This document shows, piece by piece, positions 1 to 16,700 of a stretch of 64,000 nt of DNA. Each line of letters starts with the position of its first letter. Positions within the stretch are counted from its first letter, which is position 1. The DNA lies in the NCBI GenBank assembly GCA_964016885.1, contig OZ024746.1, positions 89,280,001 through 89,344,000 on the forward strand. The letters are read 5' to 3'. This DNA is from Eledone cirrhosa (taxonomy: Eukaryota). The notes below the pieces were generated by a model, which was not told the DNA's origin, made no database searches, and saw nothing but the letters and a program-made list of their open reading frames with translations. The translations under genes and the position numbers were made by a program.

Positions 1-908
1 CTCCTGAACTCGCGGTGGTCCCTTTGCTTTTGCACACATACACACACACATACCCCCCCCCCATATATATATATATGCATTGCTTTTATAAGCACATTTC
101 AGTCTTTGCACCAATGTCGGAGAAATGAAAGTCTAAATTATAAAACACGCTGTTGCAGTTATAGCCTGTCATCTCGATATCTATCTTGTCACTCGATAAT
201 ACCCGGTTAATATGCGTTTATACCCGGTGGGTGAAATGTGTGTTGCACAAGCCCGGCACTTAAATTCAATTATGTGTAGGTCATGTTCTTGCTCTAAAAT
301 GTTATGTCATAGGTCCTATAGCGATAGGAGAGTAACGCCGGGAGCAGACTTGACACGATGGCGATAGAGGGTCTATTTCCAAATTGCTTTCAAAGATACG
401 ACTTTAGCTGAATTCGGTGGGATCCTCCGTGTCCGAGCAGCCTTATTTAGCAGAATAGTGATCATCTCTTTTCATGGGAAGTAACTACAAAAGAGGATAG
501 TGGGTTGTTGGAGTGTATAGCATTCAATGTAATGTTGGAATATAACTAAGGCATTTAATACAAAGTATCAACTTTTGTTGAGATGTTCAACATAATATTA
601 AAGTCAAGATTAATGTCAATGGTTCCCTCTTTTTATCCAGTTTACGTAGATGCAGTGTGAAGCAAGATGTTCTGGTGTTTGCCTTTCTTTTTGTTGTACT
701 TTTCAGTCGGTCAGTCAATGCACATTTAGAAGCGGACATCCAGATGGAAATGGATCTTCCTTGTTAAGTGTGGAAGGGTTTTGGTTTAAAAATTAGCTTG
801 TACAATACAAAGGTTATGTTTACTCCGGCACCTGGTAGTGCATACCGAAATCCAAATAGTTTTATTGATGGGATTCTTTTGGCTGTTGTCAATAACTTTA
901 TGGGAAGT

Positions 909-3060
909 ACAATTTCGCGAGATACGTCCAAACTACTATGAAAGGAAGGAAGACATCATAGAATTCTGTAGAAAGTTACGACTCAGTGAAGAACTATTCG
1001 ACCAGTACAATGAGGATGAATCATTAGCCAGAAATAGAAGCAACTACACCCCATCAAAAGGTAGAAATAAAATCCTGGACGAATTATGTGCACACATCAC
1101 AAACTTCCCTTACCAACACTTGCACAGACAAAAACACAAGCCAAACCTCAACAAGAAAGAACGGGAAGAATTAAATAGATTAAAAACCGACACTACTATT
1201 ACAATTAAAGAGGTTAATAAAGGGGGTGCAATAGTCCTAATGGAAACAGAATTCTATATCAACTTAGCGCTCTCCACTTTGGAAAACGAAACATACTACA
1301 AAAAGGCTGAACACTACAATCAACAGAAAATTATGAGAAACCTAAATACTCTGATCAACCAATACAAAGAAGGACTCACTAACAAGGAATCCAGCTTCAT
1401 CACAGACTTCACAAGTAAATCTAGCCTTTTCTACGGTAGCCCTAATGTACATAAAAGCGAATTAATAAGTAAGGCATGCAAGGAAGCCAGAGACATAGTC
1501 ATCAATGATCTCAAATTAAGACCTACAATAGCTGGCCCCGCTTGCAAAACCCAGCGCCTTAGCATCTTCATTGATACCCTTCTCAAGCCTTTTCTCAAAC
1601 ACATTAAAAGCTACATAAGGGACTACCTAGATATGCTCAGCCACCTCCCTAATATACCCCTTACTGAACAAACCCTACTAGTGACGTTCGATGTAGTCAA
1701 CCTATACTACAACATCCCCCACAACCTAGGAATAGAAGCTATCCAATTCTGGCTGGATAATTACCTCAATGAACTCCTACAACGCATCAAAAAAGAATTC
1801 GTGATAGAAGGACTTAAATTTATGTTGGAGAATAATTACTTCGTTTTCAATAACAAATTCTACAGGCAGAAATCTGGGACCGCTATGGGAACGAAAACGG
1901 CCCCCACTTAAGCCAACCTAGTAATGAGATACCTGGAAATCACCCTCTACACTAAAGTACTAAACACGTTTGGAAACACTCTCCACTTACACATAGAAAA
2001 GAACTGGAAGAGATATCTAGATGACTGCTTCATCCTTTGGCACGAAAACATCGAGAAACTTAAAGAATTTCACACCCTTATAAATCGGCTCAACACGAAT
2101 ATTAATGTTACAATGGAAGACAGCCATCAACAACTCCCCTTCCTCGACATCCTCATTATGATACATAACAAAAGAATAGAAACAGACATATACTACAAGC
2201 CCATAGGCTCCAAGCAATATCTTCCTTTCAATTCATGCCACCCTAGACACGTTAAAATTAATATTCCCCAGAATTTAGCCAAAAGAATCTGTACTATAGT
2301 CTCCAATAAACACACCTGTTACTTACGGCTACAAGAACTAAAGGACACACTCATAAGCATGGACTACCTTGCATCACTAATTGACAATGGAATCCAACGT
2401 GCCCCAAAACTCAGTACGCAGGACCTTAGACACCCTAAACTAAATCAACCGAAACTAAAAAAGCTCTTCCATACATCTCCACACACAACCCCCTAACAAT
2501 GAAGCCTTTGACACCATCCTCCAGAACATCCCTGTGTTAAAAAAAGGACAATAGAATGAACTAAATCCTTCAAATACACGATATCATAAAGAGCAAAAGA
2601 CAATTTAAGTAAATGAAAAACATCCCAACACATGCCAAAGTACTGCTAACCACAACAACAAAACCCACAGTAAAAAAATACGATAGACCCAACTTTGGCA
2701 TTTGCATCAACCTAATAGAGGGTTCGGAATTCTATTTAAAACAAGGACAACATTTTATAGTAAAACACAATTTCACATGCGCATCGGAAAACCTAATATA
2801 TGTATTAACTTCCTCAGGTTGTCGAGAACAATACATAGTCCAGACTAAAAACAAGCCTCCGCCAACGCATGACTGTCCATAGATCCCAAATCAAAATACC
2901 ACTGAGTGAGCACATTGATACCTATGCCGCCCAAAATCATCCCGACCTTAGAATCTTTCCCCTCTACAAATTTAAAGATAATGCCACCCACACCCAGCGC
3001 ATCAGCAAGGAATCTCACTTTATTAACAAATACGGACCCCGTCTAAACACTTCTCCCTAA
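909..3060 (+). mobile_element. Penelope-like retroelement, decayed RT + GIY-YIG ORF (Neptune-like motifs)
   Basis: Broken ORFs 838-1911, 1924-2496, 2613-3060 carry PLE RT motifs (KEVNKGGAIV, LRPTIAG, TFDVVNLY, QKSGTAMGTK, WKRYLDD, LPFLD, SCHP) and a C-terminal GIY-YIG (FTCASENLIYVL..C.EQYI.QT, HRSQIK). Stop at 1909-1911 plus frameshifts. Confidence 0.93.
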
Positions 3061-4088
3061 GACGAACTCACAACATACACACGTCAACATACATACCTAT
3101 ATCAGCATACATCCTACATACATTTTTATCCACATATAAACACAATGACATACGTAAACACACATGTTCTATGGTGCAACACAAATATACACAAATTCGC
3201 ACATCTTTTGATGTTTATAGATATACACGTGCTGACACGTACACATACACATACGCACACATGTATTGCACATTGATGGGCACATACATATTTGTACACA
3301 AATATCCCATACGGCAGGACCTAATGGATTCCCCTTGCAGTACGTACAATCTGGACACTCACACACACCTTGGTGTTATGACAATACATCATTTCACCTC
3401 TTTTATTATTGATGTTATTGATGTTCTTTTGAGAGAATCGCTTTTGCAAATGACAGAAAATATCGAATAATGTACGCCATTTTTACCAGTACCACAAAAA
3501 TACTGGTCCATTCACACACACACACACATGTATATATACACGCGTACACTAACATACAGACATACATATATACACACACACACACACACACTTCTCCTTA
3601 TAAGACAAGAGCGGAAAAATATGTTTCAACATGTTAAAATACACCCCCTCCCTTTCACACACGTACACACACATTCCTACTGACCGATTCATTCCCATTA
3701 TTACGACAATGAACTACTCTGCTACACACACACATATTTGTCTTAATAGACACCTGAACAGTTGACCTTTCAACATGACTGCAACTCACACACGTACACA
3801 CACATCTCTACTGACCATTATCACAACAATGAATGACTTTACTACACACACACACACATATCTGTCTTAATAGACATATTTTTCAGTGAGTTTTCAACAT
3901 CACTGCAACTCAATCAAGCGGAAAAGGACACTCTTCGACACACCTACATAATGCGCAACCGGTAAAAACTTAAAACTAAAACTGAATACTAACTAATACT
4001 AATTACTAATTTATACTTATTCCTAATTAAACTATTTTTCACTTGGAAAAATTTGTCAGCATTTTCTTTTCCTTTTTTACTAATCTCT

Positions 4089-4171
<83 letters not shown>

Positions 4172-4639
4172 TCACACATATATATGTATCTTATATTATA
4201 TATACATATACTAACTATGTTAAAACTATCTAGTTATAATAAAATAATAAAAATATATTTTTAACTCCCTCCACACAAGTTGAAAAGATAACAATTATAT
4301 AATTAATAACCAATAATACTATTTTATATACGCTATGAAGATTAATTTATAACACTACAACAATAATAAAACAACCCTAAATTTGTCAACAACCATAATT
4401 ACCTACCTTTGTTATTAAGTCCCTTTACAACTTCCTGAGTAAATTCATAAAATTAAGCAACCTAACGGTTTACCAACAACTTAATAACAGTTAATACAAC
4501 CCCTAGAAAAGATAATTTGTAGATAAAAATGCATAATATAATATACCTAGTATAACAACATAGCCTGTAATTCGGTGGAATTTACATTTAACAAACACAC
4601 ACCTATTAACTATAAACGACTCAGAATAATTCCATGGTT

Positions 4640-5372
4640 AATAGCTGTGGGTTACAACCAACATATACACATACATACGAACTATAACACAAATACACTT
4701 GAGTGAAAATCACCTATCCAATTCTATCATGTGCTTTGCATTACACCTCACAGAACATATACCTACATTATCACCACATGTCTCTCTAACATATTGTACG
4801 CTATCTTAAACATTTCTAACACTTATAACATGCTTTAACATCCCACACGAAATATGTTTATTTCAACTGTATTATAACTCTTTCTCATACATGCCTTAAT
4901 GATTGTATTGACTCCTGCATTGTACACCCATAACATTAACTGTTCACCAATGTTAAGATATCTTATATCTTATGTCTATCCTATCCCACATTTTTCCTTG
5001 CTTATAACTTTTTTGCCTCTACTTTTTACTTACAACTCTTCCACTTCCACCCAGGGCTGCCTGTAATTGTGTCCTCTCAAGCATAACATATTTTTAACTC
5101 CTGACTCTCCACATGATGTATACGACAGTAACAACACTTATGTATCCTAAATGTTCTGAATGACTAGGATTTTAGTCACATGTTTTGACATTCCCTATGC
5201 CCCGATGATACCAGACTTCCCTCCGAAGAAACAATTGTCAGCAAATAAATGTTCTAAACTAAAATTTGATCGTTTTAACACTTTGTATCTCGGCTCTGTA
5301 AAACACTTGATAATTTGCATTGAGCCTTTTGTCATACCGGTAACCGGCTAGTACTTAGTACTACCCTCCATA
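4640..5372 (+). mobile_element. PLE pLTR-like non-coding repeat (family H) with hammerhead motif at 5198-5243
   Basis: Homologous to 55930-56575. Contains CCGATGA..GAAA-CAATTG-TC-AGCA followed by AATAAA and ends at a TA/CA tract. Confidence 0.75.
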
Positions 5373-5519
5373 TTTATAGTTGTATTAAACATATAATATA
5401 TTTAATTATTCTTATTACTATACACACACACACACATATATATATATATACACATATATATATATATATACATATACATACACACACATACACATATATA
5501 TATATACACACACACATAC

Positions 5520-6500
<981 letters not shown>

Positions 6501-8369
6501 ATATATATATATATATATCTATATATATATATATTGTTTTTGTTTTAAATATATAATTTGGATATATAACTTATAAGATTACCGGTTATAATTGAACCGT
6601 ATATCATTCAGGCATTTATCTATTTTACTCATTTTGAGTATATTTTAAGATTCAGAAAGTTAGATTTGTATATTTTAAATTTTTTTATATATATTTAGGT
6701 ATAACTGTCACAAATGATACTAGTCGCCAAATATTGGTCTTTCTTTCCACTGAATTGGATGTAAAACTACAATTATAACATTATTAATAATGATTGTAAT
6801 TATTTATTATATGTATATCTTTTCAATAATACCTATAATACTCTCTCTATATATTTGAACAGATCTGTTTATCTAGTATAATAACATGCTCCTAGTTACA
6901 TTTTAAAGTAATTTGGATACTTAAATAACTCTCTATTGTTATAATTGTTAAATATTTCTTAATGTTCTAAATTATATAACGATTATTACTTAATTTAACT
7001 TAATTTATTTTAATTAAATTCGGGTTAACATCGGGTCTTTGAAATCCTTAGCTCCTCTTTCTATCATCTTCGTGGACACTTTAGAAGTGTTGTTAGTCTA
7101 CTATATAAATAAAACAAAACTCTCTTGCCTTTTTAAACTATATTTTTGGATATTGAGCACTTTTATGATCGCAAACAATTCATATTTTTACTTTTTCACT
7201 TTTTATTTTGAATCTAGTCCTTATCCTTAGGATTCATGAAGTTTTGACTTGTACATTTATAGTATATATCTATTAAATGATCCTATTATAATAATTGATC
7301 TAAAACATTAATTTCAACAATATTATCAGTAACTTATTTATTGTATTGTATTATGTTATGTCTAGTTGAGAGGTATCATCTTAATCTTTAGACAATATAA
7401 TCTTTGTGTATATCTTTTGGGTAAACGCATATATATATAATTTAATAATCAAACTTGTTAAAGTTTAATTATAAGGCCTGTTGATCCTTTAGGCATTCAA
7501 ATTGTTAATCTTAAAATTCTTTAAAAATTATAACTGTAATTATTTTCTAAATTATATAATGTAAACTATTTTAAAATTAATATTATATAATAAATTTAGT
7601 AAAGTTTACCTTCGTGAGGATGTAAAAACATTATGTTTTCTTTCTCGTGTTTGTAAATCCTTTAAATTTGATCTCATAAAATTTGATTTTATAAATTAAA
7701 TATGATAGTATACTTTAATATTAATATAGATATTTATTAACCTTTATAACCTTAAATATTATTCATTACTCTGAACTAACTTAAATTAAATGATTTGAAT
7801 GTTAACAGTCAACCAGATATATTTGGATATATATTGTATATATATATAGATAATTATCTAAAGACTTGGTATTAACCCTCATATGAATACACCCAATTAT
7901 ATTTAAAATTTCGATTGATGAATACTTTTAGATAATTCAATATTTCAATGAATTGAGTTTTTCTTCTTTTTCCTAAAGCTAAGCCCAAATGTTGTTCTAA
8001 TTAATATCTCCCTATATATTACACTATATAAATTATTCCTTTTTTATCTCTCTCTCTGTAATCAACTCTCTTTTGCTTTCTATTCTCTTACTAGCTATAT
8101 TATCCCCTCATCTGTTTCTTTCTCTATGCCTTTCTTTTCTTTCTTCTTTCTTCAGTAATTTAAATTATTTGAATCTCTAACAGTTATATTGCTGCTATGT
8201 ATTATTTTAAGTTTTCTCACACGCACCCTCTCTATTATATGTATTATATGTAGGTTTTTTTTCATGTTTCAATATTAAGGTATATAAATATTGAGTTTTG
8301 TCATATATTACTCACTACCATGACTGAATCTTAACCATCTGCTATGTCAGGGTATGTCATGCATCATCT

Positions 8370-8436
8370 TATTTTATCTAATGAGGACGTACTGTTGAAG
8401 TTAACTCAGTACCTCTGAAATATGTATAATAAAATA
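8370..8436 (+). ncRNA. Hammerhead ribozyme motif with core mutation (CUAAUGA) near the 3' end of a ~2-kb AT-rich TA-flanked element (about 6535-8575)
   Basis: Stem I tattttat/ataaaata perfect; stem II gtactg/cagtac; GAAA-TATGTA-TA; core G5->A. Confidence 0.8.
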
Positions 8437-9049
8437 TACTTGATCACAAGAATATCTATTTTGTTAATATTTTGAATTAATATTAATAACTCCGGAAAAC
8501 CAACCTTGTTGAGTGCTTCCAATCTATTGTAAAACTCATTCTTTGATTTATTCATTGAACCTTGTTAAACTTTTAAATATATATATATATATATATTTGT
8601 GTGTGTGTTAAGTAAAGACAAGTCAACATGTAAAAGATCATTAGTGATTTCATCCCATCTTGCGTTATGAAGATCCATGTTAACAAATGAATGAGCTGGA
8701 GAAATATTTACTTCTAAATTTGGTCAATCTTCCAGCTCGAAAAGATATATAACGTAATGTAAATAACAAATCCTCTGATTTGTAAACTACTGTTAACGCA
8801 TCAAAGATTATAGAAGCTTGTTATACAGTGTCATAAATAAATCAGACTTACGCAGCAAATTTTCATAAAGACTCTGCAAATACAGAGACAACTTTAATGA
8901 AATTCTAAAATACCCTAATGAAGTATGACAGCGGCAAACGACGATTTACAGCACTTACAACGCCTACAATCAGTTCAGTAATTGCAATATTATATCAGAC
9001 TAACGGATTTATGTTATGTTTTGATCAGAATGTAAACGATATATATAAA

Positions 9050-9096
<47 letters not shown>

Positions 9097-9626
9097 TAAC
9101 AGCCGTACTAAGAATGGGAAATGAAATTTCGTTTCACTTTTTCCGTTTATATATATATATATATATAAAATCTATCGTTATGATATTATTTTTATTACAC
9201 ACTTAGCCTGAGCAATGTCTGACTTCTCGTTTATTGGGAACTACTATTTTTCTAGAATTTCAATATATCTACTGATAATTACAGAAAGTGGCTTCACCAT
9301 TTGCTGAGGGTAATCAACTATAAATATAGAGGATTTTTGTTGTATGAACCAGTAAAATATAGGCCTTGTAAATTCTTAGTGGCAATATAAGTATAATAGT
9401 TATTCGATATCTACCTGTTAAACTAATTAGATTTTTCTCTGTAAAATGTAGGTACGAGGCTTCCTATCATGTTGGCTGAGTGCAAATCTCTGATGTCTTG
9501 GACGTTTAGCTCTAATTCGCTCACAGTGCTACCATAGAGCTACATGATCGTTCTATATTAAATATCTATCGCTTTTAGGATATATAGTTATATAGAGAGT
9601 CACTCACACAATTATATATATATATA

Positions 9627-9832
9627 ACAAAGAGGGTGTGGTAAGATACCAGGTGGACCATAACGCACCAGAGTACTCAATACATAGGGTAGTAGAGTGA
9701 GCAATAGGAAAAGCGTCAGGACCCCGACGGTTGAGCTCCGGCCGTTTTGACGGTTAGATCTGAACTAACTTTAGTTCAGATCTAGCTGCCGAAACGGCCG
9801 GAGCTCAGCCGTCGGTGTCCTGACTCTTTTCC
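9627..9832 (-). mobile_element. Family A fold-back element (palindrome 9707-9832) with the 3' half of a hammerhead
   Basis: Inverted arms around 9769-9770; GAAAC-stem-GTC; homologous to 29816-30005 and 31449-31636; TA on both sides. Confidence 0.85.
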
Positions 9833-10041
9833 GATATATATATATATATTCACAGGAACTAATGTTTTAGGTAAATGCTCCCCTATCACACGTTACAGTA
9901 CCCGTGACGTACTGAAACTCTCTGGCTCGGCCCCAACCCCTGCACACCGGTCTAGTCGACTATTGTCACCAGCCATCTTACTTTTCTTTCGATCCTACAA
10001 ACCCTCCGAACTTGGTTGCTATATTATACACTTATACATCA

Positions 10042-10110
<69 letters not shown>

Positions 10111-10264
10111 TGCAAGTCCGCTATCACATGCCACACGTATATAGAGAATTAGCTTTTAATGAATTCCCATTTCTTTCAACCAATGACCTCCACCCATACC
10201 ACTCCCCACCCTCTCCTACCACCTGAAATGATATACATGCCACAACATTTATTTTTGGAAAGCC

Positions 10265-10315
10265 AGATTCCTGATGACTTCTAAAGAATGAAACAGTACT
10301 AGTCCTGTAGAATCT
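10265..10315 (+). ncRNA. Minimal type-I hammerhead ribozyme (family D)
   Basis: agattc-CTGATGA-cttct aa agaat-GAAA-cagtactagtcctg-TA-gaatct; 6-bp perfect stem I. A second copy is truncated in the core at 31866-31996. Confidence 0.88.
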
Positions 10316-10414
10316 CATCTATATTAAAATATTTATACTCTGCTATGTTTTGAGAACCTTACTTACTGTGGTTACCTCCGATTCAACCAGGAATAACTTA
10401 CCCATATATATATA

Positions 10415-11790
<1,376 letters not shown>

Positions 11791-12732
11791 TATATATATA
11801 TAAGTAACTTACATGTATTGGAACAAGATAATGCGACGTTTTCTATTTCTTAAGAATAATTATTTCAGTACAAATGTCAAATTGCACCAGCGAGGAATCA
11901 ATATGAAACAAATAAGTCATAAACATACTGGAGTAAATATATCATATACCACTCGTAGCACTCCGCCATTAAATCAATAAAATTACTCTCATTTTCAAAT
12001 GTCTATGAATTTAATATTTTTTCCGATATCCAAAGAGAAGTATGTATATATATATATACATATATTTATTTTTATATATACACTCTATATAAATATTTAT
12101 AATATTCGTCTAGAATATATTGATATTTGAAGAAATTTTATGGATAAGAAACGAAACAAACTTTTATGGATTGTAAAATATTGTGTCTAGGCGTATAAAA
12201 TTATTGATATTATTTCTGAAAGATAAATTTTATATTTCAAGGACATTAGTTTAAAAGAAATGTTAGCATATATCTATTAATTGCGGATTACCTACAACCA
12301 TTGAAGTAGGATTTCACCATACTATTTGTATATCATATTAGAACTCACTAGGACAGTTATATATAAATCAAAGCAACTTTTGATATAATAGGTAGGAACA
12401 AATATGTGGTTAAAATATCTTGATATGAAGCCACACGTTTATATGAATCAGGAATGCTTATTTTATATATCGGTTTGGTTTCAAAGAAGTATTGAGTTGA
12501 TGGTTTTACACTCATGTTTGTAAGTAGCGGTAGTCAGCAAAAAGTAAATGGAGGCTTTCTATATGGAAACTGAGCCAATCTATAATGAATCGTACACTCG
12601 TGTCATTAAAAAACCTTTCATGGCTAAGAGAAAATTGCAGATGCACTATGTAAAAGCCTGCCCTTTTTCAACCGTCAAAACTCCTAATGTCTGAGACACA
12701 CATTTACACCCCAACATTATATATATATATAT

Positions 12733-14184
12733 CCCCCTTCTTCCTGAATAGGCTGTTGGCGATGTAGAACCGTCTCGCCTCCGCCATGGTGACCAGACGC
12801 TCTCCTCTCTCATTTTGCTCTCCTAGGCCGAATCTTCCCACATACTCTTCCCCTTGCCGTCCCTGTCCGACTTTTGCGTTGAAGTCTCCCATCACGACGG
12901 TGTAAGTGGACTTCAGAGCTACCACCTTGTCTAGCTGGCGATATAATTCTTCCACTTCATCGTCGTCGCTGGCACTTGTGGGAACGTAGGTCTGGACGAT
13001 CTTAGAAAGAGTCGAATACCATCCTGCTATACAAGAAGGGCGATAGAGAAGATCTGAAGAACTACCGACCCATATGCCTGCTGTCTCACGTGTACAAGCT
13101 GTTCACGAAGATAATCCTGAAAAGGTTATCACGTCATCTGGACGAACAGCAACCGAGAGAGCAAGCCGGCTTCCGAAAGAACGACAACACGATGGACCAC
13201 ATATTTTCTCTGACACAACTGCTTAAGTGAGCGAAAGAGTACAAGATGCTTCTTTGCGTCGCGTTCGTAGACTACGAGAAGGCCTTCGAAAGCGTCGAAA
13301 TCAACGCAGTACCGAACTCGCTGCAGAGGCAAGGAGTCGAGGCGCAATAAGTTCAACTGCTCAAGGAGGCGAATTCCGGATGCACCACCGACATAGTTCT
13401 ACTGTCATCACCCGTACGAGTGCCGGTCGGGAAGGGACTGAATCAAGGAGATACGATCTCTCTAAAACTTTTCACCGCGTGTCTCGAGCAGATCATCAGA
13501 GGCATTGACTGGCAAGGCGGTGTCAACATCAACGGCGGGATACTTACCCACCTCCGTTTCGCTGATGACATCGTACTCATCGCTGAAACATTCTGACGGA
13601 GCTCGACACCAAAAGCTCTGCAGTAGGTCTCAAGATGAACCGCATGAAAACGAAGTTAATGCTGTTCGACAACGTACCAATGGTCCAATGGTGGTTGGCG
13701 GTGATGAAATAGAGGAGGTGGAGGAATACGTCTATCTAGGACAAGAAGTGAACATGCGCCGAGACATTGAGAGGGAGATCTCGCGGAGAGTAAGGCCCGG
13801 ATGGAAGGCGTTCAACGGCATAAGAGATGTGCTCAAGGAGAGGTTGGACAAGACCTCCCGCGCCAACCTCTTCAATAGCACAGTTTTACCTGCAATGTTA
13901 TATGGCAGTGAAACTTGGGCTACAACGAAGAAAGAAGAGCAGAGGCTGGTAACGGCTCAAAGAGCCATGGAGAGATCAATGCTAGGAATCTCGTTGAAAG
14001 AGCACATCAGGAGCGAATTCATCAGACAGAAGTCCGGCGTGAGGTACGTCATCACGGAATATATGCGCAGCAAGTTCAGATGGGCTGGACACGTCGCCCG
14101 GAATGGAGAGGAATGGACGGCGTACTGTGACAGGGGCGCCGAATGGACGCTCGATAGACTGGTCGGTCAAGGTGATCAAGGTGA
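12733..14184 (+). mobile_element. RTE-clade LINE, truncated, with inverted APE-endonuclease fragment (12733-13000, minus) joined to a frameshifted RT (13001-14184, plus)
   Basis: Minus: VVMGDFNAKVG, N.RGERL. Plus: FVDYEKAF, QGDTIS, LRFADD, YVYLGQ, VLPAMLYGSETW, FRWAGHVAR. Flanked by (TA)n. Confidence 0.92.
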
Positions 14185-14649
14185 TATATATATATTAAAA
14201 TATTTGGTCGAGTGCTTTCTTGGCAAAGTGCTGATTCTATTTTTGCATTCCTTCCAGGTAGCTGCCACTGCTGTTGTCCGGCAGTAATTCTAACAAGGAA
14301 AATACCCATTTTTTATTGATAATTGGCTTATAATTAATCGATAGTTAACAGATTTTCTCAATAATGTGAAACGGTTCCGTACAAGCGATTTGAAAATTCG
14401 TGTATGTTAGCGTCTTTCTGTGTGAAAAGATCGAATTACTGAATTTATTGAAGTGATTTGAAATTGTGAGTACTTTCCGCTTTTCTATGTTATGCTAGTG
14501 CATCATTGATTTTTCCTCGCCATCCCTCAATGGTTACTTACATGGGCACTGTTGATTTACAACATTTTAACATGTATCGATGTAAATACTTATATATAGG
14601 TGAAGATAAGAGTGTAAAAGAACAGGGCTGTATGTGTATATATATATAT

Positions 14650-14714
<65 letters not shown>

Positions 14715-16480
14715 TGGTACTGAGACCGAGGAGACCATTAAACATGGCAGTACTCAATGCATGGAGATGCCGTGTGGGTGTAAAGGGATATACCCACTCT
14801 ACTAGTGGTCAGACACTTTCACTCAACAACATTGAATAAAGGTAATCTATTCATTAACAAACACACACACATACACACACACAGACAGAGGAACATATGT
14901 ATATATTACCTAACTTCAAACTTATACATTAGGTGTGTTAATGTTATTGCTTTAAGAATGGGGGTAAAAGTGTTTCCCTTAAATTTACATCAGTATTTAA
15001 AGGATAAAACCGGTGTGAAAGCTTTTCTCATACATTTTCAAGGCAAACACATAATTTCAACATATTTAGCTTGTTAACATTGTTTTCTTAATGTCTCCTT
15101 CGAAAGTGCCTTTAAATATATTACAGCTATGTTATCTGCTGTTGGACCAGTGAAATACTAAAGATTGATCGTGTTGCAACAATTGGACATATGCGTTTTA
15201 TGTATTTTATCCTATACCAAATAGTTGCGATTAATTCATTTCCAAGAGTTTAAATTTATTTAAATGAAGAAGTTTTTCAAGTAAGTTATTACATGTTTTC
15301 CCAACCAACATACACTAGCGAAACACGATAAAACGTTGGTGCTCAAGTAAACTAAGGTTGTCGCAGTTAAACTAGCATCATTACCACTAACATTGTACGC
15401 TTCAATGAGATGCACTTAATATTTTTTCTGAATCGAATACGTGCAGCTGTAAGCCATGAAGTAATCGATAAACCCACGCATTGAGTTTCTATCAGAGAAA
15501 GTGAAGAAAGTTACTGCTGTTCGTAAAGTTCCATATGAGCATAGCTGAAATTGAATTGTATTCCTGTTCTAGATACTGCCGTCTCAGTAGGGTCACAGTA
15601 AACGTGTCTCTATGTATTGATATGTATTTAATGTTACCGATATTTTAATCTTTCCGCATGCAAAAGTTAAAACAAATAGAAAACAAAACTAGATTGTTTA
15701 TTTGAATTCACTTATTCTACAAATAGAACATGAAGCTCACAGCTATTTATAACATCGCGATGAGTAAGAGGTATTGTTTTTACACCGTTGCATATCAGTT
15801 AATTCATTGGTGGTGAGTAAACATTATCTAAAGTAATTGACAGCTTGTGTATGGAAGACTAAGCATAGGAGATTCACATTGTGTTATGAATGAAAAATGC
15901 TGGGCCCGAATTCTCATTTTTATCTAGGTCAACGGGAAGTCTTCATTTTAGTATTGCGGACAAATTAATGAACTATATATGAATATATCAATTTCCATAA
16001 GTTCAAAACTGATGTCTTACCACTGGGAAATATTTACTTCAATAGCGACGATCGGTTGTTGGCAGATCGTGATGTGAGAAGAAAATGTCATGTTCCATGA
16101 GCAATAGTTTTGTCTAATTGTATCTCGAGTGAAATCACCCTTAATGGGAGCGATACTTTGTTAATAGTTGTTAGATTAACAAAGTTGTTCATGTTATCGG
16201 TGAACACAGAGTCACTAGAAAAGTGGTATTTAGTTGAATAATGGGTTTGTCTTAAATCAATCGTGGGATATGATCAATTATATTCTGCGCACTATACCGA
16301 GTTACGTTACTCCAAACTCATATCGGAAAAACACCATTTCGGCTACTTTTATTTGCGAACTATTATACTTTCGATCATTACCGAAGAATAAGTACTACAG
16401 CTAAGAAATGGAAGGAATATCGAATTAAAGAGAGTGAGTTTGCCTTTAACGTCACCTTGTTAATATTGCTTATGTTGTCA

Positions 16481-16700
16481 GGGCGTTGGATTGGCAGTAT
16501 TGGTGGAGCGTCGAAATTGCTATATGGCATAGGGATATGCTTCTTTTACGATCTGGGTTCAATTCCAACCGAGGTTAGCATTGCTTTTCATTCTTACGGG
16601 GTCGATATGATAAAGTACCAGTAATGCACTGGGGTTAATTTAATCGATTTTCTCCTCTCCCAAAATTGTTGACCTTGTGCCTAAATCAGAAACCAATAGT
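16481..16700 (+). mobile_element. SINE (octopus-type; ggggtcgat..aagtaccag core)
   Basis: Homologous to copies at 21205, 26450, 48790-49570, 53572; B-box-like gttcaattcc. Confidence 0.75.
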
